A stretch of DNA of 64,000 bases from an uncultured Verrucomicrobiota bacterium (GTDB lineage Bacteria; Verrucomicrobiota; Kiritimatiellia; JAAZAB01), in contig CAZYXU010000001.1 in the NCBI GenBank assembly GCA_964650945.1, forward strand, positions 32,474-96,473, written 5' to 3'. Positions 34,581 to 44,783 of this stretch are shown in pieces (the first letter of the stretch is position 1; each line of letters opens with the position of its first letter). The position numbers and the translations under genes were made by a program. The notes under the pieces were generated by a model. The model saw only the letters and a list, made by a program, of their open reading frames with translations, ran no database searches and was not told where the DNA came from.

Positions 34581-34640
34581 ATGCTCGCAAAAATCCATAG
34601 CGGCGCGGTGTACGGTGTTGACGCATCCCTCCTTCGCTGA
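34581..34640 (+). pseudogene. Duplicated, divergent 5' fragment of comM ([16 protein letters not shown] then stop)
   Basis: 19-codon frame whose first 16 residues match the N-terminus of the intact comM 100 nt downstream ([16 protein letters not shown]) with mostly synonymous nucleotide differences. Confidence 0.45.
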
Positions 34641-34681
34641 AGCTACGGAGGGCGAGACGCGGTGTTTTGAGCAGAATCATT

Positions 34682-36217
34682 ATGCTTGCCAATGTTCATA
34701 GTGGCGCCGTTTATGGCGTCGATGCTTATGCCGTGGAGATTGAGGTTAACTCCGGCCATGGCGATCCGCAGACGGTGATCGTGGGGCTGCCCGACGCCGC
34801 CGTGAAGGAATCGAAGGACCGGGTCCACACCGCCATCATCAATTCCGGATTCGAGATGCCGAAGGGGCGGCTGACGGTCAACCTGGCGCCGGCGGATGTG
34901 AAGAAGGAAGGGCCGAGTTTCGACTTGCCGATTGCCCTGGGCGTGCTGGCGACGGAGGGCGAGGTACCGGCCGGCGTCCTGGAGCAATTTGCCCTGGTGG
35001 GCGAATTGGCTTTAAGCGGGGAAGTCCGCCGGGTGCGCGGCATCTTGCCGATCACCCTGGCCATGCGGGATGCCGGGCGGCGGGCGATCATCGTGCCGCA
35101 GGACAATGCCGAGGAGGCGGCGGTGGTGGATGGGATTGACGTGTATCCCGTCAACTCCCTGCGCCAGGCGGTGGAACTGCTGGCCGGGCGCGGTCTTGAT
35201 AAGCCGTGCAAGGTTGACATTGAAAAGGCGTTCGAATCGCACCTGGCGTACGAGGAGGATTTTTCGGACATCAAGGGGCAGGAGCAGGCCAAGCGCGCGG
35301 TGGAAGTGGCGGTGGCCGGCGGCCACAACATTTTATTCATCGGGCCGCCGGGCACGGGTAAAACCATGCTGGCCCGGCGCATTCCCTCGATTCTGCCGCT
35401 GTTGACCCTGCCGGAGGCGCTGGAGGCGACCAAGATCCACAGCGTGGCCGGCGCCCTGCCTCCGCACCAGGCGCTCCTGACGCGCCGGCCGTTCCGCACC
35501 CCGCACCACACGGTTTCCGATGCCGGGCTGTTGGGCGGCGGCGCGCATCCGGCGCCGGGCGAGGTCAGCCTGGCGCATGGCGGCGTGCTTTTCCTGGACG
35601 AGTTGCCGGAATTCCACCGCAACGTGCTGGAAGTGTTGCGCCAGCCGCTGGAGGATGGGATGGTGACGATCGCGCGGGCGGCGGCCAGTGTGGCCTTCCC
35701 CTGCCGGTTCATGCTGGTGGCGGCGATGAATCCCTGCCCCTGCGGCTATCTCAACGACCGCCGGCATGAGTGCCGCTGTACGCCGCTGCAAATCCAGCGT
35801 TACCGCAACAAGATTTCGGGTCCGTTGCTGGACCGGATTGACATCCATATCGAAGTGCCGTCGGTGCGCTACCAGGACCTGGCGGCGCCGCCGGCCGGCG
35901 AAAAGTCCTTCGCGGTCCGCCAGCGGGTGATGGCGGCGCGCGCGCGGCAGCAGGCGCGGTTTGCGCCGGCGCGCAAGACGCATTGCAATGCGGAAATGCG
36001 CGCCCGCGACATCCATAAGCATTGCGCGCTCGACGCCGCCTCCCAGCAATTGCTCAAAACCGCGATCACGGAATTGAATTTCAGCGCCCGGGCCTACGAC
36101 CGCATCCTCAAGGTCGCGCGCACCATCGCCGACCTGGAAGGCGCGGAAAACATCCAGTCGCAGCATGTCTCCGAGGCGATTCAGTACCGGACACTCGACC
36201 GGCAGTTCTGGGTTTAA
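34682..36217 (+). CDS. comM: YifB/ComM family Mg-chelatase-like AAA+ ATPase
   Basis: N-terminal Lon-protease-like domain, Walker A GPPGTGKT, Walker [10 protein letters not shown]4 zinc motif [15 protein letters not shown] and a C-terminal helical domain; 511 aa from MLANVHSG. Confidence 0.85.
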   Translation: MLANVHSGAVYGVDAYAVEIEVNSGHGDPQTVIVGLPDAAVKESKDRVHTAIINSGFEMPKGRLTVNLAPADVKKEGPSFDLPIALGVLATEGEVPAGVLEQFALVGELALSGEVRRVRGILPITLAMRDAGRRAIIVPQDNAEEAAVVDGIDVYPVNSLRQAVELLAGRGLDKPCKVDIEKAFESHLAYEEDFSDIKGQEQAKRAVEVAVAGGHNILFIGPPGTGKTMLARRIPSILPLLTLPEALEATKIHSVAGALPPHQALLTRRPFRTPHHTVSDAGLLGGGAHPAPGEVSLAHGGVLFLDELPEFHRNVLEVLRQPLEDGMVTIARAAASVAFPCRFMLVAAMNPCPCGYLNDRRHECRCTPLQIQRYRNKISGPLLDRIDIHIEVPSVRYQDLAAPPAGEKSFAVRQRVMAARARQQARFAPARKTHCNAEMRARDIHKHCALDAASQQLLKTAITELNFSARAYDRILKVARTIADLEGAENIQSQHVSEAIQYRTLDRQFWV

Positions 36218-36257
36218 CCGGGCCGGGCCGGAAGCGGAATGGACAGGAATATAAAAT

Positions 36258-37439
36258 ATGAGTAAGCAATCGCAAGGTTTGCATCCCGGAATACACGCGG
36301 CGCTTCAAAAGGAAGCCGCCGACCTCAAGCAACTGGCTTTGGACATCCATGCCCGTCCGGAAACCGGCGGCCGGGAAGCCTACGCCTGCCGCCGGCAAGT
36401 GACGTTGCTGCGCCGCTGGGGATTTCGCGTGACGACCCCCTTCGCCAAACTGCCGACCGCCTACCGCGCCAGTTATGGACAGGGCCGGCCGGTATTCTGC
36501 CTGATGGCGGAATATGACGCCTTGGAGGGGCTGGGCCATGGCTGCGGCCATAATCTGATCGCCGCCGCCGCGCTGGGCGCCGGACGGGCGCTCGGCTTGG
36601 CCTTGCGCGCCGGCCGCATCCCCGGCACGCTGCTGGTCATTGGCACGCCGGCCGAGGAAACGACGGGCGGCAAGGTGCAGATGATTGCCGCCGGCGCGCT
36701 GCACGGCGTGGATGCGGCGTTGATGGCGCATCCCCAATGGCGGACCACGCCGGATGGCGGCGGCACGGCGCTGGCGCGTTACCGGATCAAATTTCACGGC
36801 AAGGCGGCGCATGCGGCGGCCCAGCCGGAATTGGGACGCAACGCCCTGGACGCCGTGATGCTGTTGTTCCAGGGCGTCAATGCCTGGCGTCAACAACTGC
36901 CGGAAACCAGCCGCGTGCATGGCATTGTCACCGACGGCGGGGCGGCGCCCAATATCATCCCCGATTTGGCCGCCGCTTACTTTTTCCTGCGTTCTACCGA
37001 CGATGCCTTCCTGCGAACCATGCGGCGGACATTTATCGATATTGCCCGGGGCGCCGCGCTGATGACCGGCACGCGCCTGGAAGTCGGGGAAACGGACACC
37101 CCCTACCGCGCGCGCCGGCTGAACCGGCCGCTGAATGACGCCTACCTGGAATATGCCGCGGCGCTGGGCCTTAATCCCGTGATTCCCAAGGTGCCCGGCC
37201 GCGGGTCCACGGATTTTGGCGATGTTTCCCGGGCGATTCCCGGCGCCCATGTTTACTTCGGGATTGCGCGCCGGAAAATCCCCGCCCATTCGGTGGCCAT
37301 GCGGGATGCCGCCAAAAGCGCTTTCGGCCTGGAACGGATGCTGCGCGCCGCCGAGGCCCTCGCCAATATCGGGTATCGTTTTTTTTCCGAGCCGGAATTC
37401 CGCAAAAATGTAGCGCGCGATTTCAAGCATCCGGAGTGA
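36258..37439 (+). CDS. M20 family metallopeptidase / amidohydrolase (AbgB/HipO-like)
   Basis: GHGCGHNL metal-binding motif, GTPAEE and dimerisation domain; 393 aa. Confidence 0.8.
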   Translation: MSKQSQGLHPGIHAALQKEAADLKQLALDIHARPETGGREAYACRRQVTLLRRWGFRVTTPFAKLPTAYRASYGQGRPVFCLMAEYDALEGLGHGCGHNLIAAAALGAGRALGLALRAGRIPGTLLVIGTPAEETTGGKVQMIAAGALHGVDAALMAHPQWRTTPDGGGTALARYRIKFHGKAAHAAAQPELGRNALDAVMLLFQGVNAWRQQLPETSRVHGIVTDGGAAPNIIPDLAAAYFFLRSTDDAFLRTMRRTFIDIARGAALMTGTRLEVGETDTPYRARRLNRPLNDAYLEYAAALGLNPVIPKVPGRGSTDFGDVSRAIPGAHVYFGIARRKIPAHSVAMRDAAKSAFGLERMLRAAEALANIGYRFFSEPEFRKNVARDFKHPE

Positions 37440-37493
37440 CGCGGATGACGAATGGCCGGATCACAGCGGCCGCCACATCTAGAATAGGATTAT

Positions 37494-39296
37494 ATGCGCC
37501 ATCAGAAACGTTCGGTCGGAATCTTTGCCGGTTTCCATCTTTGCCGCGCCTGGTTCGGCGCGCCGCTCTTAACGTTGCTGCTGGCGTCGGCCTGCGCCAT
37601 GCCCGGCGCGCTCCCGGCCGCGGATGCGGTGATGAAATTGAAAGTTGTCAACCAGAGCGGTTTTCCGGACGACCAGGTGTATTTCATAATGGTTTGCCAG
37701 GCTCCGCTCGGTTATTTCGATTTCCGCCAGCATGTCCTGGTGGCGACGCCTGTTTTCACGCTGGATGTCAATACCATGGCGGCCTCCCTGGCGCAAATCA
37801 GGCAATACAGCGGCGACGGCACGGCCACGATTTCCTGCCCGGCCATGGGCAGCACCCGGATTTATTTTGCCCTGGGCAAAAATTTCGATCAAATGGGCGG
37901 GTTCCCCGCGTCCGGACCGGAAAAGGGGTGGGGCAACCTGGTGCCTTGGGCGATGTTCGAGTTCGATCTATCCAACCATGGGTTTGTGAACCAGAGCAAT
38001 GTGGATTTCTTCAGCCTGGCTTACACCCTGGCCGCGACCCGGAGTTCCGGCGAACACGTGACGGTGGGCATCACCACGCCATCCTCCACCATTTTCAGCG
38101 CGTTCGAGGCGATCCCGCTGCCGGCGGACAGCGGGCAGCAATCCGGCAACGCGCAAATTTTCAAATCGCTGATCGTCAAGGATGCCGCCGGCGCGGTGGT
38201 GCGGGTGATTGCCCCGAAAGCCGCCGCCCTGGGAGATGTCGGCACCCCGGCCGCGCTGCCCCAGATGTTCACGCATTTTCTGCGCGATTATATCAACAAT
38301 CATTGCTGGAAACCTAACCGCACCTTTTCCTTTTCCAGCAAAATTGCGGGAGACTCAAACACCTATTACGGCCGGGTCAGCGCCGATGGCCAGACTCTTT
38401 CGATTTATACCGATGCGGCGATGACCGTCCCGTATGCGCCGGTGCCGACCCTGCCCCGCCCGAGCAATGCCTGGGGGCATCCCGCTTTCAACGCCAACCC
38501 CGGTTTATGGCATAATGTCGGCGCCGCCGGCACGGCGCCGGACGCGATTGACTGGGGCTACCTGCTCTACGGGCAGGACGGCTATGTGTCCGGGCCGGGG
38601 GCGCACTGGCACCTTGATCCGGTGGCGATGGCCATCCCGGTTTCCATCACCCGCGGCGTCATGCATTATGACAACGGCACGACGGCTTGGAAAGACAGCA
38701 CAAAATATTACAAAGGTCTGAACGGGGTGAGCGCGCCGGATCGTCCGATTTTTTATTACGGTGAAATCCTGCACCGGTTCGGCCTGGCCGGCCATGTTTA
38801 CGCGCTCTCCTTCGATGATGTTTACGGCCATGATTCCGGCATCAGTTTCACCGACCCGAACGTCACGCTGACGCTCCATCCGTTCAGCGCGCCGCCGGCG
38901 CTCGGGCCGTGTATCCGGGCCAACGGCCGGCGCGGCACGGTGGGGGTGGCTTATCCGGACAAGGTGGCGCTGACGGTGTCCATGCAGGCCGGGCAGTATG
39001 CCGGCGTCCCGGTGGATTGGTGGGTGCTGGCCATCCCGAGTTACGGGAGCGAGTGGTATTGCCTGCATTCGAACCTGCAATGGGCCGGGTTCCCCGCCGG
39101 CGACCTGGCCCGGTGCCATCCGGTTTACAGCGGCGCCCTGGGTAATATTGAGACACCCCTGACGGTGCTCCCTTCCACCGCCTTGCCGCGCGGGACGTAC
39201 CACGTCTATTTTGCCGTGGATTATCCCATGGACGGCGTCTTGCATTATCCGGCCGGGTCCATGCTTTCCGACATGGTGACGGTGGTTGTGCAGTAA
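37494..39296 (+). CDS. Secreted protein of unknown function. The N-terminal ~450 aa are possibly beta-1,3-glucanase (GH64/thaumatin-like), which is tentative. The C-terminal ~110 aa are shared with the protein at 17336..19336.
   Basis: Signal peptide MRHQKRSVGIFAGFHLCRAWFGAPLLTLLLASACA. C-terminal VPVDWWVLAIPSYGSEWYCL...GTYHVYFAVDYPMDGVL matches IPVDWWVAAYAHDAGLWYYL...GTYSFWFAVDYPMDGVL of the other protein. Confidence 0.6.
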   Translation: MRHQKRSVGIFAGFHLCRAWFGAPLLTLLLASACAMPGALPAADAVMKLKVVNQSGFPDDQVYFIMVCQAPLGYFDFRQHVLVATPVFTLDVNTMAASLAQIRQYSGDGTATISCPAMGSTRIYFALGKNFDQMGGFPASGPEKGWGNLVPWAMFEFDLSNHGFVNQSNVDFFSLAYTLAATRSSGEHVTVGITTPSSTIFSAFEAIPLPADSGQQSGNAQIFKSLIVKDAAGAVVRVIAPKAAALGDVGTPAALPQMFTHFLRDYINNHCWKPNRTFSFSSKIAGDSNTYYGRVSADGQTLSIYTDAAMTVPYAPVPTLPRPSNAWGHPAFNANPGLWHNVGAAGTAPDAIDWGYLLYGQDGYVSGPGAHWHLDPVAMAIPVSITRGVMHYDNGTTAWKDSTKYYKGLNGVSAPDRPIFYYGEILHRFGLAGHVYALSFDDVYGHDSGISFTDPNVTLTLHPFSAPPALGPCIRANGRRGTVGVAYPDKVALTVSMQAGQYAGVPVDWWVLAIPSYGSEWYCLHSNLQWAGFPAGDLARCHPVYSGALGNIETPLTVLPSTALPRGTYHVYFAVDYPMDGVLHYPAGSMLSDMVTVVVQ

Positions 39297-39306
39297 GCGC
39301 GAGGGG

Positions 39307-39966
39307 TTATTGGAACTGTTTGGTGAAGTCGCTGAATTGCGCTTTTAAACGCTCCAATTCATCGGTCATGACCGCGACACGGGCTTCCAAGGCGGCCAGG
39401 CGTTCATTTTCGGCCATGACGGCGATGCGGGCCGGCTCCAGGGGCGTTGGCGGCGCCTGGTGCTCTTCCGGAATGTCGCCGCAGAGCCTGTGCCCATAGC
39501 GTTCCTCCCGCTGCCCGGGCTGGCGGGGGAGTTTGGCGACCAGGCGGGCGCCTGCCGGGGCGGCCAGTTCGTTCAGCTCGGCTTCCACGGCGGCCGTCCC
39601 GTCAAACGGCGCCATGCGCGCGGCGCGGGTGCGCAGTTCCCCGATCGTCTGCGGCCCGCGGAGGAGCAATTCGCAGAGCAGGGCCAATTGCCGCGGGGTC
39701 AGCGCGAGCACGTCCGGGATGCTATGCCGGTATTTGAGCACGCGGCTGTTGGCGAGCGCGACGGATGCCGCCAGTTTTTTTTCACGGAGGCTGTCCAAGG
39801 CCCGGACGACTTCCTTTTCGTCGGTTTGGATGACGGGGTTGCGGTTGGATTTTTGATTGCAGGCAGCGGTCAGCGCCGCGAGCGTCAGCGGATAATATTC
39901 CGGCGTAGTGGCGGCCTTTTCAACCAGGCATCCCAGCACGCGCGCTTCCAGTTGGCTCAAGATCAT
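39307..39966 (-). CDS. YceH-like protein (DUF480 / UPF0502)
   Basis: MILSQLEARVLGCLVEKAATTPEYYPLTLAALTAACNQKSNRNPV is the conserved YceH N-terminus; winged-helix repeats and a coiled-coil C-terminus. Confidence 0.75.
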   Translation of the reverse strand: MILSQLEARVLGCLVEKAATTPEYYPLTLAALTAACNQKSNRNPVIQTDEKEVVRALDSLREKKLAASVALANSRVLKYRHSIPDVLALTPRQLALLCELLLRGPQTIGELRTRAARMAPFDGTAAVEAELNELAAPAGARLVAKLPRQPGQREERYGHRLCGDIPEEHQAPPTPLEPARIAVMAENERLAALEARVAVMTDELERLKAQFSDFTKQFQ

Positions 39967-39995
39967 TTCCATATGCATCTCCGCTTGATGTCGCC

Positions 39996-41054
39996 TTAGG
40001 GCGTCGCCGACAACCCATCCATGAATTTTTGCGTGTTCCAGACGTAGCGCGCCAGCGCGGTTTCCCGCCCCTGCGCCCCCAGGCGCCGCCGCAGCGGCGC
40101 ATCCGCGGCCAGCCTGCCCATGGCATCCGCCAAATCGTTCAGGTCCTGAAAAATCAACCCCCCGCCCTGGTCGAGTTTTTCCGCCAGCACCGGCAGGTTG
40201 CTGACAATCAAGGGCAGGCCGGTAAGCATGCCCTGCACGGCGGCCTGGGAAAACGTTTCCCGCATGACGCGGTCATCGCGCGACGGCACGATCATCACAT
40301 CCATCCGCCGCAGGAATTCCCCGACCTGGGCGTAAGGCTGCCAGGGATAAGCAATGATGCCGGCATCCGGGAACGCCGGGGGCTGCGCAAATCCCGCCAG
40401 GTGCAGGCGGCAATTTTCCTTGATCCCCGGCGGCAGGCGGCCAAAGGCCGCGACGGCCGCCGCGTGTCCTTTCCACGGCCGTTCCAGGTGGCCGACCACG
40501 CAGAAATTAACCATGGATTGCGGCGCGGCCGCTGCCGCCGGATGGAACAATTCCGCCTGGGTGATGCCGTATTCAACCTTCACGGCGGGGATGCCGCCGC
40601 GGGTGAAGTGGGCGGCAATCTGCCGGTTCACCGCCGTGACGCGCGCGGGCATGGCGCGCAGGGCGCGGATAAACCGCGCGCCTGGCTCGCGATGCGCAAT
40701 CAGCGCCAGGCGCGGCGCCAGGCGCAGCCGGCGCAGTATCCAGATGAGGGGGATCAGCCGGTCGCCGACATTGCCGAGCAGCGCCAGGTCAAACCGGCGC
40801 GCGCGCAGTTTCCACAGAACCGCCAGCCCGCCCGCGCTGTTGCTGAAATGCCCGGGCAGGCGGATAAATTCCAGCCGCCCGCTGCCGGCATGTTGCTTGA
40901 AAAGCGGTTCCCAGTCGCGGTGCGCCGGCACGGTCACGGCGCAGCCCATGGCCGCCAGATCCTGCAGCAATGACAGGTTGAAAAGTTCCACCCCGCCGGG
41001 TGATTTTTTGACGGGATGCAGGAACACTTTTTCGATGAATAAAACGCTTTGCAT
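39996..41054 (-). CDS. GT4 family glycosyltransferase
   Basis: MQSVLFIEKVF start, EGFPLIVSN-like GLPLIVSNLPVLAE block near the C-terminus. The ORF-track start at 41090 is a TTG, so the ATG at 41054 is preferred. Confidence 0.8.
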   Translation of the reverse strand: MQSVLFIEKVFLHPVKKSPGGVELFNLSLLQDLAAMGCAVTVPAHRDWEPLFKQHAGSGRLEFIRLPGHFSNSAGGLAVLWKLRARRFDLALLGNVGDRLIPLIWILRRLRLAPRLALIAHREPGARFIRALRAMPARVTAVNRQIAAHFTRGGIPAVKVEYGITQAELFHPAAAAAPQSMVNFCVVGHLERPWKGHAAAVAAFGRLPPGIKENCRLHLAGFAQPPAFPDAGIIAYPWQPYAQVGEFLRRMDVMIVPSRDDRVMRETFSQAAVQGMLTGLPLIVSNLPVLAEKLDQGGGLIFQDLNDLADAMGRLAADAPLRRRLGAQGRETALARYVWNTQKFMDGLSATP

Positions 41055-41253
41055 CGCAGGCACTATGGAAACTGACCGCGGGTCTGTCAATCTTTATTTT
41101 GGCCGGAATCATTCCGGTTTCAAGAGGATGGCGCAAAAACTTCTGGATTTACAAGCCGGGATTTTGTATACTGCTTTCGTAAAAACAGCGAGCGTCCGGC
41201 GTTTTCACGGGTGGGGGAAATGCCGGCGCCGCCGCGCTAAAGGAGCGTCAAGC

Positions 41254-41442
41254 ATGAAAGCAAAAGTGGATGCAGATACTTGCACGGGTTGCGGACTGTG
41301 TGCGGATACCTGTCCCGATGTATTCGAAATGGATGACGATGTGGCCAAGGTTAAAGTCGCGGTGGTGCCCAAGGAGGCGGAAGCTTCCTGCCGCGAAGCG
41401 GCGGAAGGCTGCCCGGTCGAAGCCATCTCCATTGAAGATTAG
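41254..41442 (+). CDS. Small 4Fe-4S single-cluster ferredoxin (62 aa)
   Basis: AAAGGAG RBS; MKAKVDADTCTGCGLCADTCPDVFEMDDD...CPVEAISIED (CxxCxxC...CP). Hidden in the 3' end of a long antisense ORF in the track. Confidence 0.7.
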   Translation: MKAKVDADTCTGCGLCADTCPDVFEMDDDVAKVKVAVVPKEAEASCREAAEGCPVEAISIED

Positions 41443-41576
41443 CGCGGATTGCATGGCAAGCCGGCCGCCGCGCGCCGAAACCGGCCCGGGGTTAAGCGCG
41501 GATGCGTCGCGGCTTGACATGCCGCGCGCGCTTCCGGCAAGATGCCGTCCGGGGGCGTTTTGTGGATTGGGCGCAA

Positions 41577-42572
41577 ATGATTGATTCGCATTGGGCCTTG
41601 GCGCGCGCGTTCGACCTGGGCGCGGCCTGTTTGCTTGACGCCTGGCTGGGCGATCCCGGCTGGCTGCCGCACCCGGTGCGCGGCATCGGCGCATTGATTG
41701 CCGGGTTGGAAAAATTTACGCGCCGCTGCTGGCGCAACGAACGCCTGGCCGGCGCCGTCACCGTGGGTCTGACGGTGCTGGTTACGGCCGGCGCCGTTTG
41801 GCTGAGCCTGCGCCTGGCGGCGGCGGCGGGTTTCTGGGTGGAGCGCTTGGCGGCCGTGCTCTGGCTGTATTTAGGATTGAGCACCCGCTGCCTGGCGGAT
41901 GAAGCCGGCCGGGTGCGGCGGAACCTGGCGGAAGGCGTCCGCACCGGCAACCTGGCCGGTGCGCGCCGCGCCGTCTCCCGGATCGTCGGGCGCGACACCG
42001 CGCGGCTGGATGCCGTGGAAATCAGCCGGGCGGCGATCGAGTCGGTGGCGGAAAACACCGTGGACGGGTTCCTGTCGCCGCTGTTTTACGCCGCCATCGG
42101 CGGGCCGGCGGCCATGTGGATCTTCAAGGCCGTCAGCACCTGCGATTCCATGATCGGGCACCGCGATGCGCGCTATGTCCGGTTCGGCACGGTGGGCGCG
42201 CGCAGCGATGATGCGCTGAATTTTCTGCCGGCGCGGCTTTCCGTCTGGCTGTTTGCGCTGGCGGCATTGTGCGCGGGCGGGTCTTGGCGCGGCTGCCTGC
42301 GGACGGCCGGGCGCGATGGCGCGCGGCACGCCAGTCCGAATGCGGGCATTCCGGAGGCCGCCATGGCCGGGGCATTGCAGGTGCGCCTGGGCGGCGCCGT
42401 GGAATATGACGGCGAAGCCGTAACGCACGGGCCGTTTGGCGGGGAATACCGCGAACCGCAGCCGGCCGATGTCAACCGCGCCGTGCGCATGCTCTGGGGC
42501 GTGAGTTTATGGGGTGGGGGCCTTACCGTGGCGGGCCTGCTGGCGCTGGCGTTATATCTGGAAAAATCTTGA
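41577..42572 (+). CDS. cbiB: Adenosylcobinamide-phosphate synthase (CobD/CbiB)
   Basis: LLDAWLGDPGWLPHPVRGIG, VAENTVDGFLSPLFYA and NAGIPEAAMAGAL blocks of CbiB; polytopic membrane protein. Start at MIDSHW. Confidence 0.8.
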   Translation: MIDSHWALARAFDLGAACLLDAWLGDPGWLPHPVRGIGALIAGLEKFTRRCWRNERLAGAVTVGLTVLVTAGAVWLSLRLAAAAGFWVERLAAVLWLYLGLSTRCLADEAGRVRRNLAEGVRTGNLAGARRAVSRIVGRDTARLDAVEISRAAIESVAENTVDGFLSPLFYAAIGGPAAMWIFKAVSTCDSMIGHRDARYVRFGTVGARSDDALNFLPARLSVWLFALAALCAGGSWRGCLRTAGRDGARHASPNAGIPEAAMAGALQVRLGGAVEYDGEAVTHGPFGGEYREPQPADVNRAVRMLWGVSLWGGGLTVAGLLALALYLEKS

Positions 42573-42637
42573 CTTTCGCCGCCAAGGGACTATTCTGATT
42601 GGCCTTTAATAAAGCGGCGGTCGAAATCATCAAAAAT

Positions 42638-42711
42638 TGCCGGATGGTGTAACGGTAGCACAGCAGACTCTGGATCTGTTTGTCTAGGTTCAAATCCTAG
42701 TCCGGCAGCCA
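42638..42711 (+). tRNA. tRNA-Gln (anticodon CTG), CCA encoded
   Basis: Cloverleaf: acceptor TGCCGGA/TCCGGCA with U1-A72 and discriminator G73 (bacterial tRNA-Gln identity elements), anticodon stem GCAGA/TCTGT, loop CTCTGGA, T-loop GGTTCAAATCC. Confidence 0.8.
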
Positions 42712-42745
42712 TGCCATCATCAACGTCATCCGCGCGCAGACTGGG

Positions 42746-43858
42746 ATGAACGAAGTAGTCTTTGTAAGGCGCGGCGGGCTGGCGGCTTTCACCAGCCCCG
42801 TATCGGTTGCGGAGGCCCGGACACTGCCGGAGATTCCCCCTTGCCTGGAGCGCGTGCGCCGCGGGCTGCGCCGCGGTTTATATGCCGCCGGATTCGTTGC
42901 CTATGAAGCCGCGGCGGCATTTGACCGGGCTTTTTGCGCGCATCCGCCGGCCGCGCTGCCGCTGGTCTGGTTTGGCTTGTACCGACCGCCGGCATCGGCG
43001 TATGCCTGGCCGGCCGGCGATTTCCAGGTCGGGGCCTGGCGGCCGCTGGCGGGGCGGGCGGAATATGGCCGGAAAATTCGCGCCATCCGCCGGCTGATCG
43101 CCGCCGGCGATGTCTACCAGGTCAATTACACCTTCCCCTTGCAGGCAAAATTTTCCGGCAACGCCGCGGCATGGTTTCGCCGGCTCTGCGCGGCCCAGCC
43201 GGCGGACCATTGCGCTTATATCTGCCTGCCGCGCCGGCGCATTCTCAGCATCTCGCCGGAACTGCTGTTCCGGTTGGAAAAGGGCGAGCTGCTCACCCGC
43301 CCGATGAAAGGCACCCGGCCGCGCGCGGCGGACGCCGGCGCCGATCGCCGGGCGGCGCGGGCCCTGGCGGCCAGCGCCAAGGACCGCGCGGAGAATGTCA
43401 TGATCGTGGATTTGCTGCGTAACGATATGAGCCGCGTCTGCCGCCCGGGCTCGGTGCGGGTACGCCGCCTGTGCGACCTGGAAAAATATCCCACGGTCTG
43501 GCAGATGACTTCCACCATCACCGGCCGCACCGGCGCCGCGCCGCTGGAAGTTTTACAGGCGCTGTTCCCGTCCGGCTCGGTCACCGGCGCGCCCAAGGTG
43601 CGGGCGCTGCAGATTATCCGCGAGCTGGAGGCGTTCCCGCGCGGCATCTATTGCGGGTCCATCGGCTGGATGGCGCCGGACGGCCGGGCCGAGTTCAACG
43701 TGGCCATCCGCACGGCGGAGGTGGATTTGGCGCGCGGCCGGGCGCGGTACCACGTGGGCGGCGGCATTACCTTCGATTCCACCGCCGCCGGCGAATACCA
43801 GGAATGCCTGGATAAGGCCGCCGTCTTGCGCCAGGCGGCTGGCATGGCCGATGCCTGA
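42746..43858 (+). CDS. Chorismate-binding enzyme (aminodeoxychorismate/anthranilate synthase component I family, short form)
   Basis: GDVYQVNYTF, LRNDMSRV, GSVTGAPK, RGIYCGSIGW and VGGGITFDS blocks of the chorismate-utilising family; 370 aa. Confidence 0.75.
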   Translation: MNEVVFVRRGGLAAFTSPVSVAEARTLPEIPPCLERVRRGLRRGLYAAGFVAYEAAAAFDRAFCAHPPAALPLVWFGLYRPPASAYAWPAGDFQVGAWRPLAGRAEYGRKIRAIRRLIAAGDVYQVNYTFPLQAKFSGNAAAWFRRLCAAQPADHCAYICLPRRRILSISPELLFRLEKGELLTRPMKGTRPRAADAGADRRAARALAASAKDRAENVMIVDLLRNDMSRVCRPGSVRVRRLCDLEKYPTVWQMTSTITGRTGAAPLEVLQALFPSGSVTGAPKVRALQIIRELEAFPRGIYCGSIGWMAPDGRAEFNVAIRTAEVDLARGRARYHVGGGITFDSTAAGEYQECLDKAAVLRQAAGMADA

Positions 43859-43877
43859 ATTTGCGCCGCGCCGGCCG

Positions 43878-44783
43878 TCAACGCAGCAGCACCCCGGCGC
43901 GGGTGAACCAGGCGTCATCCACTTCCGATTTGTACAATTCGCCCGCGTTGTTGCTGACTTCGTATTGGCGCTCCAGCGCCATCCCGCCGCCCAGGTGCAG
44001 CCAGAGCGCGCCGGCCAGGTTGTATTCCACCCCGGCGCCCGCGCGCCAGCACTCCAGCTTGAAGTCGTAATCCTCCGGTTCGCCGTCCACGCGGACGTTC
44101 CACTTGTCGCCTGCCGGCCGCAGGTCGGCGTAAACCAGCAGGCGCCGGTGCGGGCGCCAGACAACCGCCGGCGCGGGCAAAATCAGGCTGACGAGCCACT
44201 GGGCATGCGCGCGCCAGATCAACCCGCCCATCGGGTAAAGATCGTCATCGCCAAAGGCGCTGTCATAGGCCAGCCCGGCGGCCAGGTGCAGGCGCGGCTG
44301 CCAGCGGTAAACCGCCATGCCGTGCAACTGGGTTTTGTAATCGTCGCGGTTCAAGCCCTCCAGGTCGCTGAAAAGACCCGGGGTGACGTTCCCCCAGAAC
44401 ATCCAGTCGCCGCCCTGGTCATGGATGTAATCCAGCGGCAGGCGCAGCGCATAGACGTTTTCATCGGCCAGCGGAACGTTTTCGAACTCGAAACGGTTGT
44501 ATTTGGCGCCGGCGCCCAGCAACAGCGTCTGCGCGCCGGCCTGCCAGACCGGCGCCGCCGCCAGGGCTTCCCATTCGTGCATGCGGGCTTTGGAGCCAGG
44601 CCGGCCGGTGTCTTCTTTTTTCAGGTCGGCTTCGCCGATGTAAGTGTACATGGCGAAAGCATAGGGGTCCGCCGGGAAATTAGTGACGGCAAGGTCTGCC
44701 GCGGTTTCCGCCGCCCGGGCGCCGCCGGCGCAGACCAGCCGCAAGCCAACCAACCCCCAGAAGAAGATCGAGCGCCGTTTCAT
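43878..44783 (-). CDS. Hypothetical secreted protein, probably outer-membrane beta-barrel
   Basis: MKRRSIFFWGLVGLRLVCAGGARA signal peptide, amphipathic beta pattern, aromatic-rich. Its start overlaps the stop of the upstream Gfo/Idh/MocA gene (ATGA). Confidence 0.55.
   Translation of the reverse strand: MKRRSIFFWGLVGLRLVCAGGARAAETAADLAVTNFPADPYAFAMYTYIGEADLKKEDTGRPGSKARMHEWEALAAAPVWQAGAQTLLLGAGAKYNRFEFENVPLADENVYALRLPLDYIHDQGGDWMFWGNVTPGLFSDLEGLNRDDYKTQLHGMAVYRWQPRLHLAAGLAYDSAFGDDDLYPMGGLIWRAHAQWLVSLILPAPAVVWRPHRRLLVYADLRPAGDKWNVRVDGEPEDYDFKLECWRAGAGVEYNLAGALWLHLGGGMALERQYEVSNNAGELYKSEVDDAWFTRAGVLLR

Noticed and set aside
40354-41253. Upstream 300 codons of the 362-aa + strand ORF 40354..41442
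   Set aside because: This part is antisense to the GT4 gene at 39996..41054. Only the last 62 codons (41254..41442), which follow their own RBS, form a real ferredoxin gene.
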